Positions 36,266 through 45,829 of a DNA stretch of 64,000 nucleotides are shown here, one piece after another. The number at the start of each line of letters is the position of its first letter. The first letter of the stretch is position 1. Both the position numbers and the translations under genes were made by a program. The notes beneath the pieces were generated by a model, which worked only from the letters and a program-made list of their open reading frames with translations, made no database searches and was not told the origin of the DNA. This DNA is from an uncultured Lentimicrobiaceae bacterium (lineage in GTDB: Bacteria > Bacteroidota > Bacteroidia > Bacteroidales > SKPS01), in contig CAYXYB010000003.1 of assembly GCA_964469215.1 (NCBI GenBank), positions 47,348 to 111,347 of the forward strand. Reading direction: 5' to 3'.

Positions 36266-38062
36266 ATGATACATAATGATTTAGCAATAGTTGCATCAGA
36301 AACAATAAATGAATTATATGGTACAGATACCGATCCTTCAATGGTTACCATTGAGGTGACACCGGAACATTTCGAAGGTGATTTTACTATTGTGTTATTC
36401 CCTTTTCTCAAGATATCAAAAAAAAATCCTCATCTGACAGGTGAAGAGATAGGGGAGATGCTATGTAAGAAAATGCCCTGGATCGAATTCTCTAATGTTG
36501 TAAAAGGTTATCTTAACATTAAACTTTCTGCTTCCTTTTGGTTGAATTTTTTTCAGGAAGCTTCAACCATTGATCAATATGGATTTCAACCCGTCGACTT
36601 TAAGAACCCTCCTGTTGTTATTGAGTTTTCATCGCCAAACACAAATAAACCTTTACATCTTGGTCATATCAGGAACAACATTCTGGGGTTTTCAGTTTCG
36701 TCAATTCTGGAATCAACGGGTAAGAGGGTAAAAAGGGTGAATCTCGTTAACGACAGGGGTATACATATCTGTAAGAGTATGGTTGGATGGATGAGATTTG
36801 GTAAGGGGCTAACACCTTCTATTACAGGTATAAAAGGTGACCGGTTTGTTGGGGATTATTATGTTGCTTTTGACAAAGCTTTAAAAGAGGAACTGAATGA
36901 GCTGAAAACATCCGGAATGGCACCTGAGGATGCAGATAAAAATTCGAAGCTTATGCTGGAAGCCAGAAACCTGTTGAGGCTTTGGGAAGAATCAGAACCC
37001 CAGACCAGGGCTTTGTGGAAGGAAATGAATAATTGGGTGTATACGGGTTTTGATACTACATACAAAAGGTTAGGTATTAGTTTCGACAGAGTTTATTATG
37101 AATCCGATACTTATCTTGATGGAAAAGCGGTGGTCCATGAGGGAGTCGAAAAGGGATTACTTGATGAGCGTCACGACAATTCTGTCTGGATTGACCTTAC
37201 CGACAAGGGATTAGATCAGAAGCTGCTTCTAAGATCCGATGGAACATCAGTATATATAACTCAGGATTTAGGGACAGCAATCATCAGAAACAGAGAGTTC
37301 GCGCCCGAAAGAATGATTTACGTGGTCGGTAATGAGCAGAATTACCATTTTGAAGTACTTGTAAGTATTCTCGACCATCTTGGATATAAGGATGTTGCCG
37401 GTAAGGTGGTTCATCTGTCCTACGGAATGGTTGAACTACCTTCAGGGAAAATGAAGTCGCGCGAGGGAAATGTAGTGGATGCCGATGACCTAATGGATGA
37501 AATGCGTGACACTGCCCGTAAAGTTACCTCAGAGCTGGGAAAATGGACAGAAGAGGAACTTACTGAAATGGATGATCTTTTTGAAATTATTGGCAGCGGA
37601 GCGCTTAAATATTTTATCCTGAAGGTTGATCCCAGAAAAAACATGCTGTTCAATCCAGAGGAGTCTATAGACTTTAACGGAAATACAGGGCCTTTTATAC
37701 AGTATACACATGCACGGATTGCCTCCTTGATCAGAAAAGCTGATGAACTCAAGATAGAGTTTATTAATATGCCTGTTTATGATGACTACCCTCTCAATGA
37801 AAATGAGAAACTTATTATCAGGCATTTATACAGATGGCCCGATGTACTGAAAGAATCAGCAGAAAAACTTAATCCTGCTTATATAGCCAACTTCTCATAT
37901 GATCTTGCCAGAAGTTTTAATCAGTTCTACAACTCCCATTCGGTTTTAAATAATGACACCATCCTACAAACGATATTCAGGCTTAAACTCTCAGAGTTTA
38001 CCGGAAGAATTTTAAGAAATGCGATGGGATTACTGGGAATTAAACTTCCTGATCAGATGTAA
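36266..38062 (+). CDS. argS: Arginine--tRNA ligase
   Basis: EFSSPNTNKPLHLGHIRN (HIGH), NDRGIHICKSM, GKMKSREG (KMSKS-like) and YIQYTHAR. Confidence 0.97.
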   Translation: MIHNDLAIVASETINELYGTDTDPSMVTIEVTPEHFEGDFTIVLFPFLKISKKNPHLTGEEIGEMLCKKMPWIEFSNVVKGYLNIKLSASFWLNFFQEASTIDQYGFQPVDFKNPPVVIEFSSPNTNKPLHLGHIRNNILGFSVSSILESTGKRVKRVNLVNDRGIHICKSMVGWMRFGKGLTPSITGIKGDRFVGDYYVAFDKALKEELNELKTSGMAPEDADKNSKLMLEARNLLRLWEESEPQTRALWKEMNNWVYTGFDTTYKRLGISFDRVYYESDTYLDGKAVVHEGVEKGLLDERHDNSVWIDLTDKGLDQKLLLRSDGTSVYITQDLGTAIIRNREFAPERMIYVVGNEQNYHFEVLVSILDHLGYKDVAGKVVHLSYGMVELPSGKMKSREGNVVDADDLMDEMRDTARKVTSELGKWTEEELTEMDDLFEIIGSGALKYFILKVDPRKNMLFNPEESIDFNGNTGPFIQYTHARIASLIRKADELKIEFINMPVYDDYPLNENEKLIIRHLYRWPDVLKESAEKLNPAYIANFSYDLARSFNQFYNSHSVLNNDTILQTIFRLKLSEFTGRILRNAMGLLGIKLPDQM

Positions 38063-38073
38063 GACAATTCCTG

Positions 38074-38778
38074 CTATTGATTCAATAGAAATACAGCAGG
38101 GATCTTATGAATATTTAATTGAAATGATCGCCATTCAGCGATGCTCATTGTTCTTATAAATTCCTGATAACCCGTTATATCTGCTGCAATACAGAGCCTC
38201 ATATTATCGTTACAAACCTTAAGGATACTCTTAAAAAGTTGCATGTTCCTGTAAGGTGTCTCCATAAAAATTTGGGTATATGATGTTTGCATTGCAACCT
38301 GTTCGATCTTTTTAAGCTGCCGGTTTCTTTCATTTTCATGTACCGGGAGATAACCATGAAATGTGAAAGACTGCCCATTTAGCCCTGAGGATGCAAGTGC
38401 CAGAAATATCGAGGAGGGTCCGGGAATTGGAATTACCCTTATACCAACCTCGTGAGCAATAGCCACAATATCAGAACCTGGATCTGCAATACCCGGGATT
38501 CCCGCCTCAGAGATAATTGCGGCAGGTTTACCTTCTTCAATATGGTCTAGTTTTTCCAACAGTTTTTCGGTTGTGAGATCCCTGTCAATAACAACCCAGT
38601 CCTGATTATTCAGATCTCCTGTATAACCTGCTGTTCTGAAAAACCTGCGGGCACTTCTGATATCCTCAACGAAAATTATTTGCAGCTTTCCAAGAATTTC
38701 AGGGGATACATATCTGCCGGTAAAACCGGTAGTTTCAGCAGAGATATCAACAGGGATTAGATACAGTTGTTTTGTCAT
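38074..38778 (-). CDS. SAM-dependent tetrapyrrole-type methyltransferase (RsmI-like, Bacteroidota)
   Basis: LYLIP, ISEAGIPGIADPG, GPSSI.LAL..SGLNGQ.F.FHGYLP, QIFMETPYRN and LCIAADIT. Confidence 0.85.
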   Translation of the reverse strand: MTKQLYLIPVDISAETTGFTGRYVSPEILGKLQIIFVEDIRSARRFFRTAGYTGDLNNQDWVVIDRDLTTEKLLEKLDHIEEGKPAAIISEAGIPGIADPGSDIVAIAHEVGIRVIPIPGPSSIFLALASSGLNGQSFTFHGYLPVHENERNRQLKKIEQVAMQTSYTQIFMETPYRNMQLFKSILKVCNDNMRLCIAADITGYQEFIRTMSIAEWRSFQLNIHKIPAVFLLNQ

Positions 38779-38790
38779 TTTGAACGGGGG

Positions 38791-39774
38791 TTACCATGGT
38801 AAATTATCGGGATCAATATTTCCACCACTAAGAATCATGGCTATGTTCTTTCCTTTGAAGATCATAAAATCATTTTCAGCCCTGGATTTAAGCAAAACGG
38901 CAAGAGGTAGAGCTGCCGATGGTTCGATCACAATCTTCATCCTTTCCCAAATCATTTTCAACGCTATAAGAATATAATTGTCATTAACCACCATTATATC
39001 ATCGACATTTTTCTTTATTATGGGCCATGTTAATGATCCAAGTGATGTAAGAAGACCGTCTGCTATTGTTTTTGGATTATTTGAAGGCACCAGCATTCCT
39101 GTTTTGAAGGATTGCCAGGCATCATTTGCACCTTCGGGTTCAGCAGCTATGATTTTTGTTTCCGGCGATATAATCCTTGTGCATAGTGATGTTCCACTCA
39201 AAAGACCTCCTCCTCCAACAGGTGTCATTATGATATCGGGTATAAGCGGTATATCTTCAAAAATCTCTTTGGCACAGGTAGCCTGACCTGCAATGATAAG
39301 ATAGTTGTTATAAGGATGTATTTCGATGGCCCCATTTCTCGCCATGACTAATGCAAGGGTATCTTCCCTGTCTTTCAGAGTAGGTTTACAGAATGTTATC
39401 TCACCACCATACTCTTTGACTGCATTAACTTTTACTCTGGGAGCATTTTCAGGCATCACGATATATGAAGGAATCCCACGCAGTGCACACGCCCTGGCAA
39501 GTGCTTGAGCATGGTTGCCCGATGAATGGGTACATACACCATATTTAACGGATTGATCATCAAGTGAAAAAACTGCGTTTACAGCACCACGTGACTTAAA
39601 AGCCCCCGCTTTCTGGAAATTTTCGCACTTAAAAAAAATGTTTGCCTCCAGTATCTTATTAATTGAGGCATTGGTAAGAACAGGCGTTCGGTGTATATAG
39701 GGTGATATACGTTTATGAGTCTGTTCAAGGCCACTGAGATCAACAAAGGAATCAACTTCATCGTCAGTTATCAT
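38791..39774 (-). CDS. PLP-dependent Ser/Thr dehydratase / serine racemase family protein
   Basis: FKCENFQKAGAFKSRGA, HSSGNHAQA, PVGGGGLLSG, TIADGL, EPSAA and SGGN. Confidence 0.9.
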   Translation of the reverse strand: MITDDEVDSFVDLSGLEQTHKRISPYIHRTPVLTNASINKILEANIFFKCENFQKAGAFKSRGAVNAVFSLDDQSVKYGVCTHSSGNHAQALARACALRGIPSYIVMPENAPRVKVNAVKEYGGEITFCKPTLKDREDTLALVMARNGAIEIHPYNNYLIIAGQATCAKEIFEDIPLIPDIIMTPVGGGGLLSGTSLCTRIISPETKIIAAEPEGANDAWQSFKTGMLVPSNNPKTIADGLLTSLGSLTWPIIKKNVDDIMVVNDNYILIALKMIWERMKIVIEPSAALPLAVLLKSRAENDFMIFKGKNIAMILSGGNIDPDNLPW

Positions 39775-39778
39775 ATCC

Positions 39779-40243
39779 TTATGTTCTTAAGTGTTTATTA
39801 ATGATAGCTTTTGCTCCATCTTCGAGCAATTTAAATACTTTGTTGAATCCTTCATCGCCACCATAATAGGGATCTGGAACAGCACGATTGCTGCCGGGAT
39901 ATAAGGTGTTCATTATCAAATGCACTTTTTTTCTGTGTTCTGGTTTGTCGGTGAGTCTTAAAATATTTTGGTAGTTTTCATGGTCCATGGCAAAAATAAG
40001 ATCAAAATGTTCAAAGTCCTCATAAACAAAAGGCCTTGATCTTTGATCTGAAATATCTATTCCTTTCTTCCGGCATGTTAGAATTGCACGGTTATCCGGC
40101 CTTTCCCCGTGATGCCATGAAGATGTACCTGCTGAATCAACCAACGCCTCAATTCCATCAATTGCAAGTTGGTGTTTCAAAATACCTTCAGCCATTGGTG
40201 ACCGGCAGATGTTACCAAGACATACCATTAATATATGTTTCAT
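39779..40243 (-). CDS. Low-molecular-weight protein-tyrosine phosphatase
   Basis: VCLGNICRSPMAE, DSAGT and VPDPYYG. Confidence 0.95.
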   Translation of the reverse strand: MKHILMVCLGNICRSPMAEGILKHQLAIDGIEALVDSAGTSSWHHGERPDNRAILTCRKKGIDISDQRSRPFVYEDFEHFDLIFAMDHENYQNILRLTDKPEHRKKVHLIMNTLYPGSNRAVPDPYYGGDEGFNKVFKLLEDGAKAIINKHLRT

Positions 40244-40365
40244 AAAAATCCTTCAATGCTTTTTAACCAGGTTGCATTATTTATGGTATACTCGAACCTG
40301 AGCCGGATTATGTAAAATTTCATAAAAATGATGGCTGTCAACACAGAAATCAGGTAAGTGTTTCG

Positions 40366-41811
40366 TCAGAGTTTGATCTTTTTTTCGAGTTCTTCTATAT
40401 ATAACTTGAACTTCTTATCGGTTTCCTGCAGGTTGTTTACTGTGCGGCATGCATGAAGAACAGTTGCATGATCTTTGTTTCCGCAATGCAGGCCTATTGT
40501 TGCCAGTGAAGCTTTCGTGAGTTTTTTACTAAAATACATTGCTAATTGCCTGGCCTGCACAATCTCCCTTTTGCGTGTCTTTGACACCATCAACTCAACT
40601 GGCAGGTTAAAATAGTCGCAAATAACTTTTTGGATATAATCTATTGAAATCTCCCTTGTAGTGCTCTTTACAAACTTGTCGATCATCTGGCGCGCCAGTT
40701 CAAGTGTGATAGCCTTTTTGTTAAGTGACGACTGTGCAATAATGGAAATAAGTGCTCCTTCAAGTTCTCTTACATTTGTTGTAATCGAGTATGCAAGGTA
40801 TTCAACAACTTCACGGGGTATGGTAATGCCGTCCTGGTAAAGTTTCTTGTCAAGAATGGCAATTCTGGTTTCCAGGTCAGGCACCTGCAGGTCTGCAGAT
40901 AATCCCCATTTGAATCGTGAAAGTAATCTGGGTTTAATCCCCTGCATCTCCACCGGAGGTTTGTCTGAGGTAATTACCAGTTGCTTGCCATTCTGATGGA
41001 GATGATTGAAGATGTTGAAGAAGATGTCCTGGGTTTTCTCTTTGCCGCTAAGAAACTGAATATCATCAATTATCAGAACATCCATCATCTGGTAGAAGTG
41101 TACGAAATCGTTCTGCGAATTGTTTCTTACCGCATCTATAAACTGGTTGGTAAATTGATCCAGTGTGACATATAAAACCGTTTTTTCGGGGAAATGATTT
41201 TTTACTTCAAGCCCTATTGCCTGTGCAAGGTGAGTTTTTCCCAGGCCAACGTTGCTATATATCAGAAGTGGGTTAAAGGAGGTTTTTCCGGGTGCCTGGG
41301 CAACCGCAAATCCTGCGCTTCGCGCAAGTCGGTTGCAATCACCTTCAATAAATGAATCAAAGGAATAACTCTCGTTGAGTTGTGAATTGACTTTAATTTT
41401 TCTCAGGCCTGGAATTATAAAAGGATTTGGTATCTCTTTAACATTATCGCGGTTCAGGTCAATTGGCATAGAAACGAATGCATTCTGTGTAGCCTTTTTG
41501 TTTGTGGTTGGCATATTGATTTTGTAAGGCTCACCTTTTCCGTCTGCGCCTGCGGTATTATCCATTATAATACTGTATTCAAGCCTCCCTTCAGGCCCCA
41601 ATTCTTTTCTAATCGTCTTACGAAGAAGAGTAATATAATGCTCTTCAAGCCACTCGTAAAAAAACTGACTAGGCACCTGAATAGTTAGTATCTGGTCACT
41701 TAGCTTTACTGGAAGGATAGGCTCAAACCATGTTTTGAAGCTCTGATAGCTAATGTTATCACGAATTATGGCAAGACAGTTTTGCCAGACTTCATCACAT
41801 GTTTGTTTCAT
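40366..41811 (-). CDS. dnaA: Chromosomal replication initiator
   Basis: WFEPI, FNPLLIYSNVGLGKTHL (Walker A), LIIDDIQFL, RLLSRFKWGL, NVRELEG, RQLAMY and KDHATVLHA. Start placed at MKQTCDEVW. Confidence 0.97.
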   Translation of the reverse strand: MKQTCDEVWQNCLAIIRDNISYQSFKTWFEPILPVKLSDQILTIQVPSQFFYEWLEEHYITLLRKTIRKELGPEGRLEYSIIMDNTAGADGKGEPYKINMPTTNKKATQNAFVSMPIDLNRDNVKEIPNPFIIPGLRKIKVNSQLNESYSFDSFIEGDCNRLARSAGFAVAQAPGKTSFNPLLIYSNVGLGKTHLAQAIGLEVKNHFPEKTVLYVTLDQFTNQFIDAVRNNSQNDFVHFYQMMDVLIIDDIQFLSGKEKTQDIFFNIFNHLHQNGKQLVITSDKPPVEMQGIKPRLLSRFKWGLSADLQVPDLETRIAILDKKLYQDGITIPREVVEYLAYSITTNVRELEGALISIIAQSSLNKKAITLELARQMIDKFVKSTTREISIDYIQKVICDYFNLPVELMVSKTRKREIVQARQLAMYFSKKLTKASLATIGLHCGNKDHATVLHACRTVNNLQETDKKFKLYIEELEKKIKL

Positions 41812-42128
41812 ATAAAGTATTGTGTTATTATGGTTATGATCGGCTTGCAAAGATGGTTCAAAAAAAAGATGATAAATATAACAAAAAAAACTTGACTTTC
41901 TACTTTTTTTATATTAAGGGGTAAACTTTTCATTTTTTGATCTCCAGAAATTAATCCATTCAATATCGAGTTCTTAGTTGTCGAATTGTCATCAAACCTT
42001 CTTCTTAACATTAACATAACCATAATTTATAACAATCTGTTTCTCTAATACTGGGTTTCTAATATATGTTATTTGACTGTATGATCCAGATATTATGTGT
42101 TTTAACGCCAATGATTAAATCGCTTTTA

Positions 42129-42758
42129 TTAATCATTTATCATTGAGATTTTTATAGATTCGTTTTTGGCTACATTCAAGTCATTAATCCTGTTGAAAAT
42201 ATCCTGAATCTTCGGTAAAGACTTCACCGGAATCCTGCAATGAATTTCACAATTCAGGCCGAAGTCATTGCCAACAATTGATAAATTTTCTTCCTTAATA
42301 ACTCTCATCACCAGATTCATTGATTCATATTCAAAGCTAATGAGAAGATCTACGGTTATCTCTTTTTCGATGATGCAAGTATCGAGTATTGCATCCCTGG
42401 TTGTTGTCCGGTATGCATTGATCAATCCGGAAATACCTAGCTTTGTTCCACCAAAATATCTAATGACAATTGCCAAAGTGTTGGTTAAGCTATAAGATAA
42501 AAGCTGGCCAAAAATGGGCTTACCCGCAGAACCTGACGGCTCTCCATCGTCATTTATCCTCCATTCCTCGCCTTGATAACCTAGTCGGTATGAATAACAA
42601 TGATGTCTTGCGTCATGATAGTCTTTTCTGTACTTTTCTAGTATTTCTTTTATATTTCCTTGTTTTTCAACAGGTAATACCAATCCTATAAACCTGCTCC
42701 CTTTTTCACGAAACAGCGATCTGCCCTCTTTTTCGATAGTCTTATAAGTAGTTTTCAC
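42129..42758 (-). CDS. yigZ: YigZ / IMPACT family protein
   Basis: EKGSRF, ARHHCYSY, NDDGEPSGSAG.PI and RYFGGTKLG..GLI.AY. Confidence 0.92.
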   Translation of the reverse strand: MKTTYKTIEKEGRSLFREKGSRFIGLVLPVEKQGNIKEILEKYRKDYHDARHHCYSYRLGYQGEEWRINDDGEPSGSAGKPIFGQLLSYSLTNTLAIVIRYFGGTKLGISGLINAYRTTTRDAILDTCIIEKEITVDLLISFEYESMNLVMRVIKEENLSIVGNDFGLNCEIHCRIPVKSLPKIQDIFNRINDLNVAKNESIKISMIND

Positions 42759-42848
42759 AGGGAATAAAGTTAATAATTACACTCAATCCGCAATACTGGC
42801 CACATGAAAAAATTTACGGGTCAAAAAAAATCGCTGTTTCTTTTTATG

Positions 42849-42856
42849 TAATTTTG
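42849..42856 (+). promoter_or_regulatory. sigma-A -7 element (TAATTTTG) upstream of the SRAP gene
   Basis: Matches TAnnTTTG in the divergent yigZ/SRAP spacer. Confidence 0.45.
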
Positions 42857-42895
42857 TTATTTGTGAGTAACCGGAACTTGTAAAACATATCTGAA

Positions 42896-43717
42896 ATGTG
42901 CGGCAGATATATTCTTGTACAGAAAACAGAGATCATCGAAATGGCTTTCAACATAACCATACCGGAAGATCTAAACTTCAATGGTTCCTATAACATCTCA
43001 CCCGGTAAGGCATCTCTGGTAGTTACAGGAGAAAACCCTAAACAAGCCAGTATGTTTGTTTTTGGCCTTACACCATATTGGGCAAAGAAACCTCTTTATC
43101 TTATCAATGCAAGAGCTGAGGGTGATTTTAACAAAGAAAACAATCGTAAATATTCCGGAGCAAAAGGGATCATAAACAAACCTGCTTTTCGTAAACCAAT
43201 TCGCAGCCAGCGTTGTCTGGTTCTGGCTGATGCATTTGTTGAAGGTACGACAAAGGAAAAACTGGCTAAACCTTTTATCGTGTATCTTCGTGACAGAAAG
43301 CCTTTTGCAATGGCTGGAATATGGGACAGGTGGTATGATCCCGATACAGGAGAGGAGCTGAACTCATTTGCAATCATAACAACTGTTGCCAACGATCTGC
43401 TGTCTATGCTGCCGCATCACCGCTCTCCGGTCATTCTTGAAAAGTCGATGGAAGAGGCTTGGTTACATGCCAACAATCTTAGCGATATCACTTGGATGCT
43501 TAAACCATATCCATCTGAAAAAATGAATGCTTTTCCGATTTCTTCTGCAATAAGAAATCCACGTGTTGACGGAAGACATTTAATAGAGCCGGCAGGGGAG
43601 AGGTTGCTAGTTGAAAGCAGAGTTATATCAACACCGGAACTAAAACTTCAGGGAATGGGATCCTATAAAGTCAGGCCAAAAGATCCTTCAGGGCATCCTT
43701 CAGACCCGGAAACCTGA
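42896..43717 (+). CDS. SOS response-associated peptidase (SRAP/YedK/HMCES; abasic-site protection)
   Basis: N-terminal MCGRY (catalytic Cys2), INARAE, QRCLV.ADAF.E, FAIITT and HHRSPVIL. Confidence 0.92.
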   Translation: MCGRYILVQKTEIIEMAFNITIPEDLNFNGSYNISPGKASLVVTGENPKQASMFVFGLTPYWAKKPLYLINARAEGDFNKENNRKYSGAKGIINKPAFRKPIRSQRCLVLADAFVEGTTKEKLAKPFIVYLRDRKPFAMAGIWDRWYDPDTGEELNSFAIITTVANDLLSMLPHHRSPVILEKSMEEAWLHANNLSDITWMLKPYPSEKMNAFPISSAIRNPRVDGRHLIEPAGERLLVESRVISTPELKLQGMGSYKVRPKDPSGHPSDPET

Positions 43718-44588
43718 AACTGAAACCTGATTCCATGAGTGCTTTTGGAAATATCCACTGGTTTGCCAGGAGGGTCTCATTAACCATTCCGCGCCCAAAT
43801 AAAATCTTTAGAAATACTGATGGTATAGGGGATGATAAAATGGTTCCTTTCAATGATGCTGCATACTTTACAATATGTTTCATACTTGCAGATTCAGGGG
43901 AGGTCAGGTTGTAAACATACTTGTGGCTCTGTTGTTCTATAAGATGTCTTATAGCATAAACAACATCATTAAGGTGAATCCACGAAATCATCTGGTCACC
44001 TGATCCTGGATATCCTGCAATGCCTGTTTTCATTGATTTAACTATTCTTGCAAGAGCTCCTCCTTTCCCTGCCAGTACAACCCCAATTCTTATAGAAATG
44101 GGGTTTGGCACCCCGGTTAGTTTAGCCTCTTTTTCAATTCTGCTGCAAACTTCAGCAAGAAAACCATCACCTGACGGAAAGCTTTCGTCAATCATCTTTT
44201 CGGTTTGTGTGCCATAGTAACCTATTGCCGAAGCCTGGATAAAAATCTCAGGTTTTTTTTCAGCTTTAAAGATAGCAGAACGCAAATTTAGGATAGATTG
44301 GATACGGCTTTCAAGGATTCTCATTTTCTTTATCTCTGTCCACCTTCCTGAACCTATGTTTTCACCAGCAAGGTTAATAATTGCATATGATCCATCAACC
44401 TCCTTAACCCATGAATTTTGATCATCATCTCCCCAAAAGCAGATCCTGATACCTTTTTCAGTAAGCATAACATGATCTGAACCCTTTCTTATAAGGCCGA
44501 TAACCTCGTAGCCACAGTCAATAAGATGAACTGCAAGTGGAAAACCTATCAGCCCTCTTACCCCGGTAATAATTATCTTTTTTTTCAT
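43671..44588 (-). CDS. TIGR01777 family NAD-dependent epimerase/SDR (YfcH-like)
   Basis: IITG..GLIG, INLAGENIG..RW, ASAIGYYG, RIGVVL..KGGAL and SWIHL.D. Confidence 0.9.
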   Translation of the reverse strand: MKKKIIITGVRGLIGFPLAVHLIDCGYEVIGLIRKGSDHVMLTEKGIRICFWGDDDQNSWVKEVDGSYAIINLAGENIGSGRWTEIKKMRILESRIQSILNLRSAIFKAEKKPEIFIQASAIGYYGTQTEKMIDESFPSGDGFLAEVCSRIEKEAKLTGVPNPISIRIGVVLAGKGGALARIVKSMKTGIAGYPGSGDQMISWIHLNDVVYAIRHLIEQQSHKYVYNLTSPESASMKHIVKYAASLKGTILSSPIPSVFLKILFGRGMVNETLLANQWIFPKALMESGFSFRFPGLKDALKDLLA

Positions 44589-44613
44589 ATATTGATAGGT
44601 TTAATTCGATGTA

Positions 44614-45786
44614 TCAGCTAACCTTTTTTGCCCTTACAAATGATTTTGAACGATCGAACAGGTAACGATACGTGACGTGTGTTTTGCGAATTTTACAACC
44701 TACCATTTCTGCAATCCGCATCATTGTGGGATTAAAATCACCTATCCAGTTAAGCTCTAGTTCCTTGTAAGGAAAATTTTTCCTGAGAGCTACTTCCCTG
44801 AATGAATATACCATAGCTCCTTCAATGCCCTTGCGCTGATGCTCAACGGTTATCCCAAATATCAACCCAAGGGCAGTAGTACACACTTTTCTTATTTTAA
44901 AATACCACAGGAACTTTAATTTTGCACATAGGTTAAAACTGCCGTTCAGGTGCCTGAATACCTGGTTCATTTGAGGAATCATGATAAAAAAGCCTACCGG
45001 TTCATTGTCGTAATAGGCAAACCAGACCAGACGCTCATCCAGAATAGGTTTCATACTTCTTAAAAGTGATCTGGCATGAACAATTGAGATCTCTTTTACA
45101 CCGCTGTACCTCTTCCATGCATTGTTATAAACGTGACGGAACTCTTCAGCATAACGTTCAGCCTGCCCTTTAGCAATATGTTTTATACTGTACCTGGGAT
45201 TATCGGCAATACGAGCTGCAGTGGCTTTCATGTGCTCATCAAGATCACCGTCGAAAACGTATCTGTGAAATGTGTATTGGTTATAATAATTCTGAAACCC
45301 GTATTCTTCAAAAAGTTTTTTATAGTAGTGCAGGTTATATGGAACACAATAGTTCGGTGGATAAAACCCTTCAACAAGCAATCCCCACCATTTATCGCGG
45401 TCACCGAAGTTTACCGGGCCATCCATTGCCTCCATACCTCTGTTTGACAACCATTCTTTAGCTGTATTGAAAAGTAAAAAGGCAGCTTCTTTACTATCGA
45501 TACATTCAAAAAAACCAATGCTTCCGGTTGGCTGGTCGAAAGTATAACAGATTTTTTTGTCATAAAATGCAGCCAGCCTGGCAATTGTGATACCATCATC
45601 GTCTTTTAGTATCCATCTTATTGCCTCGCCATGTCGAAAATGTTTGTTTTTCGCAGGGTCAAAGATATCTCTAATATCCTTATTCAATGGTTTGATCCAG
45701 TTGGGGTCATCCTTGTAGAGCCTATCCGGTAAATGGAGAAACTCCTGCTCTGATTGCTTTGTGGTTACTTCAATCAGCTTAATCAT
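44614..45786 (-). CDS. GNAT-fold hypothetical protein (YghO-like)
   Basis: FL.LP..LY..DPNWI.PL, GSIGFFEC, M.AMDGPVN.GD.D.WWGLLV, YN..YY..LFE.YG and EL.WIGDFN..M. Start at MIKLIEV. Confidence 0.7.
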   Translation of the reverse strand: MIKLIEVTTKQSEQEFLHLPDRLYKDDPNWIKPLNKDIRDIFDPAKNKHFRHGEAIRWILKDDDGITIARLAAFYDKKICYTFDQPTGSIGFFECIDSKEAAFLLFNTAKEWLSNRGMEAMDGPVNFGDRDKWWGLLVEGFYPPNYCVPYNLHYYKKLFEEYGFQNYYNQYTFHRYVFDGDLDEHMKATAARIADNPRYSIKHIAKGQAERYAEEFRHVYNNAWKRYSGVKEISIVHARSLLRSMKPILDERLVWFAYYDNEPVGFFIMIPQMNQVFRHLNGSFNLCAKLKFLWYFKIRKVCTTALGLIFGITVEHQRKGIEGAMVYSFREVALRKNFPYKELELNWIGDFNPTMMRIAEMVGCKIRKTHVTYRYLFDRSKSFVRAKKVS

Positions 45787-45829
45787 ATCCGGGGAATGTA
45801 TTATTATTATGATTTGTATTCCTGAATAT

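Noticed and set aside
41812-42128. Canonical oriC next to dnaA
   Set aside because: No TT(A/T)TNCACA boxes with one or fewer mismatches were found by eye. dnaA adjacency alone is not evidence of an origin.
42896-43717. SRAP gene as marker of a prophage or mutagenesis cassette
   Set aside because: No umuDC/imu, phage or integrase genes nearby; it sits among housekeeping genes.
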